From Oopsacas minuta (Eukaryota; Animalia; Porifera), in the NCBI GenBank assembly GCA_024704765.1, contig JAKMXF010000299.1, positions 1,027,353 to 1,091,352 of the forward strand: a stretch of DNA of 64,000 nt. The letters are read 5' to 3'. How positions within the stretch are numbered: position 1 is the stretch's first letter; each line of letters opens with the position of its first letter. The notes below the pieces were generated by a model. It searched no databases, had not been told where the DNA came from, and saw nothing but the letters and a program-made list of their open reading frames with translations. The position numbers were made by a program, and so were the translations under genes. Positions 22,597-35,290 of the stretch are shown one piece after another.

Positions 22597-25262
22597 TATA
22601 TGTGTGCAATAAACAAATTATAACTAGTGAGTCAGATTTCATTTTTAGATTATTCGAACAAATGTATCAGTTAGGGAGGAAAAATTGGAGATATTCGATA
22701 GGCTAACACCTACCCTATCGATAACTCATATCAAGCCTGAATCTTTGTAAATCGGATGTCGAAAAAGCAATACGATTTCAGACTCTGGCCTCATATCTTA
22801 CCCAGTCTTTGAAACAAAATGACTTCAACCTGTTCAAAATGTCAGACTAGCCCTTATTTAGTAGTTGTAAAATATTTGCTTACCTTCATAATAATATTAG
22901 AGATGTCCAGGCGAAAGTGGACTTTGGAAAAATGATCGGTTTGAAGAAGGCACATTTATGGACCTCTTCAGGAGTGAGCATAAGTTAACACGTATCTTAC
23001 AAAGGATTGGATTTGCCTGTGATTCATATTTCATCGATTACACTTGTTCTCAATGCCAGCAACATTTTGTCAAATCTAAGGACCTTGAGTACTGAGGACT
23101 AAGATTTACCAGTAATTTATATACGCACTAATGTACTATGATAATTTACTGGCACATATTTTTTAAAATACATTCTTATTCTATAGTCATCCGCAATCAA
23201 ATATTGAAACCAGTATCATGAAAAATATAGCCACACAAGTGTCTCGTGTAAGAAATATGCATATATGCTCATTTTATCTTATTCAGAACATTGGTAGTTA
23301 CATTATTTGTATACTCATAGAGTTTCTTGTCGACGGAAGAGTGTTCACAACAGCAACAACTCAGATTTTAAAAACATTCCACCAATGTTATTCATTGAGA
23401 TAGCGAAAGTAGGACTGTGAGAAATAAATGTCTTAAACTTTCTATCTCTGATTCATTAACTATATACTTACCATTTGTATCATTTTAGGAGACTTGAAAC
23501 AAACTGGTTGTCAGATTATATACATTTATTTCAAGACATTGAAAACAAAGTAGGATTATATTTCCTGTAATTTCATGATATTAATGTTATTAGGTGTTGT
23601 GTTTGAATAGTGATAAAGCGAGTATATTAGCTATAAAAATATAATTTATACAAGTATTATTTCTACAATTATTTTCATACTTGAAATTGTAATAGCATGT
23701 TATTGAATTTATCTAGGTATCAACTCTTCTATTTTTCAATTCATAAAAACATCTAAGTTCATTTCATAATGGAGATTTAAGACTGACCACTGATGGTTAT
23801 ATATAATGGATTGGGAGATCCTCCTCTAGTTAAATATGTAAAAATCAAAGCTGAGAAAAATCTAAGCAATTAGTCTTGTGGGTTAGATATTAGTAGAAAT
23901 ATAGAGATTAGATTATAGTACTGCCATGCATCCATATATGATTATAAAACTCAAATATTATTTATATTTATTAGTTAATTTATCTTGAAACACAATCGCC
24001 TACCTAAACTCTGGCAACTTAAACTATGTTATAAGAAGCTAATTGAAAAGTAGTCTAGATTTTGTTTGTTCTGGCGTATAGATGAGCATGTGTTAAGTGA
24101 AATTCAGTATCAGAATTCGTGTACACTTAGAAAAAACTATGGTAATATAACCATCGGGGTAAACCTGACCAACAGCACAATTCTTGCTCCACTTTTTGAA
24201 TTTATTAAGATTTGAACGGATTTGATCGTAAAAAGCAGGATCTATCTTACAAAGTTGAAAATCGTGAGATTCTTCAAGAACCCCACAATAGAATTATGAG
24301 ACGTACCATTTAGTATTACTTAATTCAATTCGACATCTTGAAATTTGACAGCCCTAGAATTTATGTATTGTTTTAGATATGATAGGATGTAAGCGATTGA
24401 ACATTTCTTTGAATTTGAAGCTTTGAATTAATTAGATTTAAAACACACTCACTAGATTTGATAATAGCCTACTATTCATAAGGCCTAACAGTAAATTTTG
24501 GATTATGGACTTTAGTAGGTTAGCCGATAGTACAAATTCTATTTGAGTTCTATATTGTAGAAACTATGCATTCCTGCCCGATTAAATGTAATGCATATTT
24601 GTAGAGCAACAATTTATCAAGCTTTTTCTGTGCAAATGTTATAGGAATGTGTCAAATATGTGTCTAGTAAGTATTTTTGGTAAATACATCATTCTTTGAA
24701 GCCTTGAAGAAGGATAAATATTGTATCTTTCAACTGAATATATGAAATACCTATACATACGTTTATACAAAATAAGCAAAATTTGTACTACAAAAGTTGG
24801 AAATTTCTTGAATTGCAGTAGAAACAAGGGATGCACATTTTAAGGAAATCCAATTGTAACCCTATAATCATTAAAATTATTAACAAATCAGGATATCAAA
24901 TTTGTAGTAAATTTACGACTTCCCATACCCTTATAATACATTATGATATGATAATTCATACCAATGTAATGGAATAGTAAATATGCCCATATATGGTAAT
25001 TTTCAATAATCCGCAATAATATTCAGAGATATCTTATCAAAATATATTATTAGGGTAAGGGAAGTTCTGTATTTACTACAATTTTGTTATCCTGTTATGC
25101 AAATAATTTCATCGAATTCTATTTGGATATTAAGATATTAAATCTGCTGTATATAGAACACTATTATAGCTTCCCACTGTATATAGTACTATTATGTACA
25201 TCCTTAATTCCTTATAAACAGTATTGACTAGGATCAAGTTTCTTTTATAGTCTAATCTACTA

Positions 25263-27938
25263 CGGGCGTTCAATAAGTAGTCGTTATCAAATTGTAATTC
25301 TAAATTTTTCAAGCATAATTGTGTATTCAGTGATGGAGTTACTCAAAGTATTCCCTTTCGTGCTGTAAAACAAATTTCAGCCTTTTTCTAATCGAAAATA
25401 CTTTTTTGTAGTTTTCGGTTGGTACACCTTTCATATACTGGCAAATCGCTGATCTTAACTGAGCTCGACTCTCGAATTTCCTGCCTGATAGGTGTTTCTT
25501 TAGCTTTGGAAACAACCAAAAGTCACAGGGAGCTAGATCTGGCGAGTAGGGAGGGTGATCTAGCTCCACAATCTTCATAGCTTACAACTTTTCTCTAACC
25601 AGCTTTGTCTTGTGCGGTCAGGCGTTATCATGCAATATTCGCAATCCACGAATTCCAGTCCTTGGCCGTCGATTTTTGATAGAGTTTTTCAACCTCTGTT
25701 GGACACTCATTGGTGTAGAAGGAGCCTGTTATTGTTTGGTTTTTGGGGGCACAAATCTGGCACACTGGACCATTGGAATCAAAAAATATATAGCACATAA
25801 CCTTCAGGTCCCGAAAGTCATGTCGAGGGATTAATGGTGGGTCCTGTCCTTTTGCAACCCATACTTTGTTTGCTTCTTTTGATAAAGGCTCAGAATAACG
25901 TACCCAAGTTTCGTCACCTGTTACTATCTCAAATAACCTCCTGGAGTCAGCTCGATCAAACTCAGAGAGCAATTTAGTAGCGCATTGGACCCTCTTTGCT
26001 TTCTGGGCCTGAGTTAGTAATTGCGGCACCCATTGAGGACATATCTTTCGGAATTTCATATTATCATGTACAATAGCTTGAGCAGTTCCCGTTGAGGTCC
26101 CAACCGCATCAGCTATCTCCACAAGCGCGATATGAGGGTCTTCTTCAAGTAACAGGAATACCTCAAGGATATTTTTGTTACTGGCGCTGGAAACTGGTCT
26201 CCCTATTCTTGCCCCATCTTCAATGGACACTTACCTTCACGAAAGCGTCTAGCCCAATCAACAACGGTGGAATATGGAAGTGCTGTATCCTTATAAACTT
26301 CCTCTAAATCTTTGTGGACATCTGTTGGTGAAACTTTGAGCAGTGTTCTGATCTTCATATACAGGGTGTAACAAATGTATTGTCGTTTTCTAAACTGATT
26401 ATAACTAATCTCAAAATAGCACAAATATTACCGTTTTATTTCTCTATATAGCCTCCTTGCCTTTCTAAAACTTGTGTAACTCGCCTAGGCATACTAGATA
26501 CAATGTTTTGCAAAACATCACCCGATATATTACTCCATGCCTTTTTCAAATTTTTTATTAGTCCGTTAACGGTAGTTGCTTGCTCCAGCTCATCTACCTT
26601 ATCTTTCATGATAGCCCAGAAATTCTCGATTGGATTGAGATGGGGCGAGTTTCCGGGCCACTCAGCTTTATGCCAAAACGCAGGAAGATTATGTTCACAC
26701 CATTCCTGTACCAGTTTAGCCGTGTGAGCAGGTGCCCCGTCTTGCATGAAAATAATCCCAGACATCTCTGAGGTCATAGACCGCTCTAAAACTGCCCCAT
26801 TTTTGGCTCTCCTATGAAAGGCATCTTTGCATGTTCCAGCTAAAATCTTTGTACGGTAGTAATCTCCATTTACAGTTTCTCCTTGAGGTATAATATGCAC
26901 TCAGATAGGGCTTGGTGGGTCATCATGCCCCACACCTGGATTTTGGCTGGAAATTTTACCTTCATACAAGGTTGGATTGAGGCCGCATCCTTGCTCCAAA
27001 CACGGTCATTCTGTCTGTTTGGTGTTTGAAATAATTGAAAGGGAGATTCATCAGACCATAAAATTCTATTCCAATCACCAACTGTCCAATCCTTATGTGT
27101 TTCCGCAAATTTCCTCCGATTTTCCTTCATTTTTATGGTCAAACGAAGCTTTCTCGGTCTTTTATGAGGTTTCACTCCCAAAGACTTACGTAAATACCGA
27201 TGGACAGACATGTGGGAAACATTACAACCACCCCTCGTTAACCTCAAAGCGAGCTTACGCGTTGATTGCCTTCTCTTTCCTAAAGATTTCTTTAACACAA
27301 TTTTGGCAACTCCGTTAATTTTCGGTGGACATCCAGACTTGGGCTTAGATTCCATCGAAAATCCAAGATTATCGCTGAGTCCCCACCTTTGAACAGATCG
27401 AATATTGACGTTGAGTCTTTGAGCAACTGTTTTAGTTCTTTCTCCAGCTTTTAGCATCCCTATTGCCTGAGATCTTAAGGAAGATCCATAATCTTGGACA
27501 TTCATCTCTTATACAATTGAGAATATTTTAAAAATACCAAGAAAAAATCGAAAAGTTGAATACAATAAAAATTGACTGCTATATACTTTGACAATAACAT
27601 GTATCAATACTCTTGAATAAAGGAATCAATGATTAAGGTTGTATAATACTATGTAATGCCAAGCAAATATATCAGTAAATAACGACAATACATTTGTTAC
27701 ACCCTGTATGCTCTCTGCTCAATTTTGAAATCTGTACTTTTTGAAGCCATTAATAATGTTACTATAATAAACTGTCAAAATGTAAATAGGTACAATATTA
27801 GAACGAGACATCAGAATCAAAACGCTTTGCATTATTGAATTCACAATAGATGGATTGTTATTGGAAAATTCAGTTTGATCTGGGTCGAAATATCCCGACT
27901 TACAAAATTTGGAATAACGACTACTTATTGAACGCCCG
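25263..27938 (-). mobile_element. mariner (DD34D, SETMAR-like) element, about 1.33 kb once the nested Tc1 is removed
   Basis: 25-bp TIR CGGGCGTTCAATAAGTAGTCGTTAT with TA TSDs; ATG at 27750 (MASKSTDFKIEQRAY|MKIRTLL); WVP(Q)L, TGDETW, YSPDLAPCDFWLFPKLK motifs; frameshifted. Confidence 0.92.
26362..27706 (-). mobile_element. Tc1-like DD37E element nested in the mariner
   Basis: 26-bp TIR CAGGGTGTAACAAATGTATTGTCGTT, TA TSDs; ORFs 26870-27505 and 26436-26900 (one frameshift); WSDES, QDGAPAH plus 37 residues to the E in SPHLNPIE. Confidence 0.92.
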
Positions 27939-28579
27939 TAGTACTAAATACACGATAAACTAATTTTTGACATTTGGACTAGGTTTGTTGTTTTTTCATA
28001 GATATTTGTCTATCTATGATATTTGTCTACGTGACTAGGTATTTGTCTATGTGCTAAGAGACTAGCTTCAACTGGGATCTCTAATCGTTCTACATTCTAG
28101 AAAGCAAAAAAGGTTTGGAATATGCGAGATAGTGACGTAGAATGACGTAAAGGTATGTGACGCCAAAATATATGAATATTTTAGACACTATATAATTTTT
28201 TCAATGTAAGAATGAAACATGTAGTCTGAGTTATGAATAAATCTCAAAAATTTGGAAATATTAGAGAAAACACGATATATATATTGTTTCTGACAAACAT
28301 TTCAAGGTGTTGATGATGCAGCAAATGTAAATGTGAGATTTTTGAAATGTTTTGAAAATTAATGGATGAAGACATAATTTCTCAGGTATTTGGAAAATAT
28401 GTTTTTGAAAATCTCAACTTTTCTCGAAAATCTATACTCAAATACCCCTATTTCGATACCGTTGATTCAAGGTTAATTCTTTCACAAGGGGTCCGAACGG
28501 TACACCCGGCTGGTAAACGTAAAGTTTATTCATATTCCTCACCTCTATATAATTTCTATAATTGTTGTTGCTAAGGTAT

Positions 28580-29030
28580 TAGTCGATGTGTTAAACAAGA
28601 TCTCGATCCCGATCCCGATCTTAGCTGAAATTATGATCAGCGATCCCGATCAAGATCCGCATTTCAAAACGATCGCGATCCCGATCTCGATCATTTTTTC
28701 CGATCGTTTATGTAATATTCAGGACATATATTTTGATAGTTACATCATTTCTTATGCTAAAAGAAACATAGGTAGAGAATCAACGCATTCTACGAACGAA
28801 TATTACTGATTTTGAACACAAATTTGGAACAATACATAAGTATAAAAATTCAAATGATAGTAGCATTCAAAGTATGCAAAAATGATCGAAAATTTTTGTG
28901 TGCAAAAAAAAGGATCGCGATCTTACATCCGATCCTTAATAAAACAATGTTCGCCGATCGTCGCCAAATGGTCAAAAAAGTATTGTGATCGTGATCGAGC
29001 AATCAATGATCGTAATATCCTAATGCACTA
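28580..29030. repeat. GATC-rich MITE-like element with subterminal CGATC arrays
   Basis: 13 GATC in 28599-28706 and 8 in 28884-29011; TAGT..ACTA-like ends; no TSD verified. Confidence 0.55.
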
Positions 29031-31018
29031 GTTGTTACCCACAGCCTACGAAACTAAAGCCTATCCACGGTCTAGAATTTCATGGACCATGGATTACTTC
29101 AAGTCCATTAAATTTGACTTGCAATTTTGTTTTTATCGGTAAAACAAAATCAGTGCATTTTGGCTCGAATAAATGTATAATTGATGGTTGATAAATAAAA
29201 ATGTCATATTATCCAACTATTACCAGTTCGAAATGACGTTATCTGTTTGGTTAGAAAGGTAAAATGTTGTTAAAATGCACTATTTTAAAGCTCTGATAAA
29301 CGATCACTATTGAGTCCTCGATTCCAGAATTTATATCAGGTGATCTAAGGATGTTTTGTAAAAATTAAAATTTTTGGAATTATTAAGTTGGAAGAAAATT
29401 GTAGTTAACTAGGATCATTGTTTACATACATATAAATTAACAACGATCTCATCTTAAATGTGGCACAATAATATGCTTTTCTGCACCACACCACCCACAG
29501 ACTACCACACGATATTCATAATTAGAATTTTAATCAATATTTAGAAATAATGATCTACGGCTATGAGATAACTATACATAGTTGTATTACCTATAACTAC
29601 GTTTCGGCATATATAGTGGGAATGCGTGGCCGAGATAAAGCTAAGTGTGACATTACAATTCATGATATACTAAATAGTTTTCTGGTAGTTACACTGATTC
29701 AGTTAAATGACTTTAGAGTTTCATTTGCTTTTAGCACATTGATGTTGAGCGTCAAAATTGTTGTTATTGGAGGGAGATTGAGGGGATTACAATAGTATTC
29801 CAACTTCATATATAGCGCGATGTCATTCTGGGATTCTTGGAGTATATCTATTAGTTGAACGCGTATTATTCCCAGACTCTCAAGTTCGCCCTGCTTTTAT
29901 ATACTAAACCATTCTTTAGCATGAGATTTTCAGATTTACTCCTGATCTTTTGTTTTAATGACTCCGATGAAGTTGGTGGATATGGCTTGTAAGTTAGATT
30001 TTGGACAACATACTAGTGAAATTCATCCTCCGAAAGTAAAGAATTAGATTGAATAGAACAAATATAAGTTTGAGAGCTGAAAAGTAGAAAAGATAGTTTA
30101 TCTCTATATAGTATTTACAATTTGGTAAATTCAATTTTACAGAAGCTGTAATAAAATACCTATCTATAACAAATTGACTCTTATATATATCGAAGTCATT
30201 TGTTACAGTTAGTCAATTTTTTACGAAACAGATCTCTTTTACCCCCAGTATGAATATTAAGATTGTTTAAAGCGAATCTTGTTGAAATGTTTTCATATCC
30301 ATATACGTGCCACAAGTGGGACAAGTGGCACATCACTAGAGTAAGGGAACCAGAATGGAATACGTCATGGAAATCTTTGAGATTCTCTAAATTGACTTTT
30401 AAATATTGCATATTAAAAGATTAAGTCAATTTCCCCCTATTATATTCACAAACATAGTTGCGGAATATATTTGATATGTGCCACTTCTGCCATATGTGGC
30501 ACAAATATGAAAATGCCCAATAAGTCAACAAGATTTGTTCTAAACAATTTTTAATATACATACTGGGGTAATACACCCCCATAGAATTCCAATATGCTAT
30601 CAACATTGTTCCATCTCATTTGAATTCTGTGCAATCTGCAATTGAATATATAATTAGCTCATTATCTATTTAAATGAGCAGAGTGTGGCTAGAAAACTAT
30701 AATTGGAATGAAATTCATAGATTTAGTCAGGACAATGTTAACAAACAGAGTAAAATTGTTCTTTAGGGTTGTCTTGTTGGAATATTTCTAAAATGAATAC
30801 TTTACAAGAAGAGTAAAAATATTGTGTCTGCAAGACTACGCCCTTTAATCGTCGATGTACAAAGAAGAATTGGTACGTAATTCTGAAAACTTCATCATAA
30901 ATATTCGCCGATTTTTATCAAAGCCATTGTTAAATATTGAATGCTTTCAACTAATGATGATGAGTCGATTTTCTGTATTATATATTATTGTATGATCTAA
31001 CCAATTTAAAATAGTATA

Positions 31019-31160
31019 CAGTGCAACCTCGATTTCCCGAACTTGCTCCCTGGCCCTAGTTCCTATTCCACTATGTCTAAACGACCTCGATAATCTGAAT
31101 TTTTATTATCCGAACGCCTTTGACAGGTTTCAACTAGTTCGGACAATCGAGTTTGCAGTG
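31019..31160. mobile_element. pogo/Tigger-like MITE
   Basis: CAGTGCAACCTCGATTTCCCGAACT / AGTTCGGACAATCGAGTTTGCAGTG imperfect TIRs, TA on both sides. Confidence 0.7.
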
Positions 31161-32478
31161 TATAGCCCTATAATAGCATAAGGAGCTTGTCTTACAATAA
31201 TCATGGGTGAATATCATATTATGATAATATATTTCAGAAGTTCTAAAATAAACTATAATGGAGTGTTCACTATTTAATTCCTTAAGATAAAATTTACGGC
31301 CTTGAAGTACAAGTTTTTTATTCGATGCCGTGTTTTACACACCAACAAGCTAGTCCAAATATAAACAGAAGATACTAAAGTAAGTTCATTAGTATTAGTA
31401 ATACAGGTAGCACCTATAAGTTGAAACAGCCACTACATTTTACAGATCCCCAAGGTAAATTCACCACCACCTACCCTGTACATCCGATTTTCGCAGCCAG
31501 AGGGAGTATCCATGAGAAGATGTCATTAAGTACAACAATATTCTAGGTATCATCTATACTATATAGTTATATGCATAAATAGACTATTTATGTGTATATG
31601 GCAAATGATTTCAATAATATTTTGAATAGATGACCATCTTTGATGGGAATAAATTGTGTTTCTTCTTCCCCATTTCCCATTAAGTTTTCAACAGCAATTT
31701 TCGCCCGCAAATAATTTCATAACTCGGCCTTTATTCAATCTAGATTCAGAGATTCAACAGTTTGGATAGATCTCAACCTACAGACCATACCGGATCAGCG
31801 TTAAATTTCAAAAGGATCCGACAACTGAACATGTAACAGATCTCTGGGATATACTTTCCCTCTAAAACTGTATTGAAACTTGCCAACTGTACTGATTTGG
31901 CCAGTTATTCCGATTATTTCGTCATATGTACACTTAGTGCTTCACTGTATTTTCGAATTTTTCTACGATCCCCTCCCAAAGTCATGTCAAATCTCGAGAT
32001 GGTTAGTAGTTATGGTATTGTGAAATATAAGTACAGTCAACACCCGGTAACGAATGTTCGAATTAACGGATGACCTCCATTTAAGTTCCAACTTTTCCAC
32101 TGTTACATTGATTGAAATGATCTTTTCGAAAAATGTTATAAAAGCATTCATATCCAGATAATACTTCGATATAGTTGGAGTATAACTAGCTTGTGTAATT
32201 TATGCAAATTTGTGAATTTAAGCAGTTATTTCTATATTCTTGTTCGACTGAATTAATAATCCTGTAACAAGGGCTGGGGTTGGTTAACGGAATTTTGTAG
32301 GTGTTAAACCTTATCAAAAATATTTGTTAACCAGTTAAGCGATGCAATTATTCCCAAATAACAGTAAAGTTTGGTGACTGAAATAGAAAATATAAATACG
32401 TACCATTATATATGCATATTGATTGTAACTTACAAAATGATTTAAATTTGAGAATATGGGCCTAAAATGTAACTACAC

Positions 32479-32887
32479 GAGTGTGAAGTTGGCTGAATAT
32501 TCGACCAGTGTAGTTTAATCATTAATTTGACTAACTCCCCATAGTCAGGATGTAAATTTTTTGACCATTCGAAAAAAGTAATACGGACGTTTCTGAAAAT
32601 GAATTTATATTTATATACTTGAATTTTTTCTAATAAAAATTGGTGCATCTAACGAGCAGTAGTTATCATTTGAATCTAGCATACTGGCATGGATTCTTGC
32701 TATATGGACGTTTATGTGTTTAAAATATGATATTAAAATAGTCAAAACCTTTTGAGATATTTTGGTTTGAAAACTGGCTTGTTAGAATCGAGTCTCTATT
32801 AGATTTGTACCAAGCAGACAATTATAATGAAATATCCATTCTTACTATGGTAACGCATACAGATTACTACAATATCAACTGTTTGAT
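32479..32887 (+). repeat. Dispersed repeat with coding-like content; inverted paralogue at 41690-42139
   Basis: Shared blocks GGCTGAATATTCGACCAG, AAATTGGTGCATCTAACGAGCAGTAGT, TAACGCATACAGA, CAATATCAACTGTTTGAT. Confidence 0.75.
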
Positions 32888-33297
32888 GTAATATGAAATA
32901 ATTTGAGAATCTAATTATAGTTTTAATTATTGGTGAATTGATATTCAGTTCAATAAATACGAAAACATTCATTAAAATCACACAATACATCAAAGTATAA
33001 GATTGAATTATCCTAGCATAGTATTGATTTGTAGTGTTACGAGTTGATGGATTTAGTTGTTGTGTACCTCTCAAGTAGGCAGCAGAAGTTATGAATCTAT
33101 AAGGACTCACATTTATATTCTAGGTTAGATTATTTATCTTCACTTTTACTGTTATCAAAGTCTGTTTCTATTGTTCTTACTGGTGCCTTTCATTGTTCAT
33201 TCCTCGTAGGGCGTAACATTATGCTTCAGAGATACGCTATGTTGCAGAGCATTAAAGAAGCGCGCTCCTATTTAATTACAAACAATTAAGAAATTTC

Positions 33298-33796
33298 AGT
33301 GTCTGACTGAATGGTGTAAACTGGTGGAAAGTGATGGAATTTCTAAAGATCGACTGAATGGTGGAAAGTGGTGGAAAATAGACTGAATGGGGGAAATCTT
33401 CCTATTATATACTCTACATTATAAGATATCATCACCTTTCTAATATATCTTCGCATTTTGAGTATCGCTCCAACAGGGATGGCCAATTGGCATGGATGTG
33501 CTATGTGCGTATATCCGTTCGTCCACCAATCCTGCAAAATATAATAGACCATATAGGGTACATAGGTACATTTTGAGATGGAGATTTCCACCTACGTTGT
33601 ATAAAATCTTAAACTATGGGATTATCGCACAAAATATAAGTCTCTCATGTTAAGCAAAGTTAGAAGTCATAAATAATAAGGTTATAGCTATTACTAATAT
33701 AAATTAAAATAAGGATTTTTCACCATATTCCACTACTTTCCTCCATTAACTAGATTTTTAAAAATTCCTCCATTTTCGACCATTCAGTCAGACTCC
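33298..33796. mobile_element. MITE with long imperfect TIRs (Mutator-like?)
   Basis: GTCTGACTGAATGGT at left, ACCATTCAGTCAGAC at right; internal GGTGGAAA repeats mirrored by TTTCCTCC; TSD only approximate. Confidence 0.55.
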
Positions 33797-34316
33797 AAAT
33801 TCATCAGTATTTTGTTGACATGGGGTTTTTGTATTATTATGAATAACTCTATTATAGCTAAGCTAAATATAAGGATCATATCTATGAATACATAAATGAG
33901 GGGTAGGACACCAGGAATTCGCCTAAATCTACTTAATTAATGTATTTAAGTAATCCAGAGCCTCAAATACACTGTGTTTTAATTAAAGATTATACATGTG
34001 GGCGGTTTGTTGCTACCTAGAAGCGAGACACAAGTGTATCTACACTCACTACGCCCTCCAAGCATTTCAATATACGTTTATAGAACACAACCAACTCCTG
34101 TTATATCTAACTTCAAAATATGTTCCTCCTGGCCTAAAATAAGAGCTTCAGTTATGAATACATGCTCTGTGAACATCATATATTGAAATTGGCACACAGA
34201 TTTAGCAAACAAATCAAACCTGGGAGATTACTTTACAAAATTACTGCTACTTATATGTAAATTTACCATGAATACTGTCTCTACCCCAAGGCCTGGGGAG
34301 TCCAGAGACTCCAGAA

Positions 34317-34784
34317 CAGTGCCGTATCCAGGGGAGGGATTTGGACGTTCAAACACCCCCTCGTAACTGGTTTCCAATGAGATATATGATTATTTATAAT
34401 TCGATTTTCCTTAATAACCGCAGAGCTTTTGGAATCTTATTTACAGAATGCCATTCAATTTTCAAAATTACTTTTTTCAACGAGTTTTCCAGACGATTTC
34501 CCAGAAGACTCCAGATTATTGTGTATTAGCAGAGTAATTTGTATTCACTAAATAGTATAAATAATTATGTAACAAAAGCATCACGTTATCTAAAAATAAA
34601 CATCTAAATAACTTTGGTACAGCTTCACAATATTACACTCATCCTACTATATGACTAGAATAGCTGTACATCGATCTTTGAGCGTCTAAGATTCAAAAGG
34701 TTTTCAGGGGGGCTTGACCCCAGACCCCCTTACCGTCGCTCGCTCCAGAGCACCCCATTTACGATAAACCTGGATACGCTACTA
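34317..34784. mobile_element. hAT-like MITE
   Basis: CAGTGCCGTATCCAGG / CCTGGATACGCTACTA imperfect TIRs; flanks CTCCAGAA vs CTACAGAA make the right boundary ambiguous. Confidence 0.6.
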
Positions 34785-35290
34785 CAGAACCCCAAGGTAT
34801 CCAAGCTTGGCCTTATGTTAGTTTAAGTAGACTCTGCTTAACAAGACCACATTGGTACCAGGCCATTTTGACTCGATAAAGCGGAATAAAGGTTTTGGAC
34901 CGATTAATCGGAGTTATTAATACTATTTGTATCGTTCTGCTTCTGGCCAAGTGACCCGATTAAACAATGGCTCTATTAAACATAGTCTACAGTAGTTCCA
35001 GACGATGTTCTTTTAACCAGAAAATACATTTACCGCTTATGTCAAAGCAATAACTTCTTACAAAGCCATCAGTTTATTCAATTATCCACAAAATCTAATC
35101 CGGTTAAGAGAGGAACACACATTGGCCCATTTAAGTTTGATATAGCGGAAGTTGAGTGTAGGTTCAATTTTACCAAAAACCAAATAAAAGAACGCATAAA
35201 GTTTACAACGTAGTAGTAATTGGGCTACACACCCGTCAACATATAATCTAATAATTTTGAATTTCTATTGCTAGACTTCTATTGTTGTAC

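Larger units (their letters stand above)
19980..23870 (+). pseudogene. Multi-exon pseudogene encoding a homologue of the USP-like protease/ORF2 of the 8239-11426 element
   Basis: *GGKIGDIR*ANTYPIDN (22672-22725) aligns without gaps to [18 protein letters not shown]; followed in order by YFIDYTCSQC, FKNIPPMLFIEI and YQL..HFIM..YNGL. Short GT-AG introns (20030-20100, 20225-20310); phase-compatible exons 21191-21293 and 21755-21782. 5' boundary uncertain. Confidence 0.68.

Noticed and set aside
28133-28164. Three TGACG half-sites as CREB3-responsive elements
   Set aside because: More than 10 kb from the nearest intact gene start and probably repeat-derived; no functional evidence.
28599-28706. 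GATC cluster as a Dam-methylation or oriC-like bacterial signal
   Set aside because: No DnaA-box array or bacterial genes nearby; a MITE subterminal repeat explains it.
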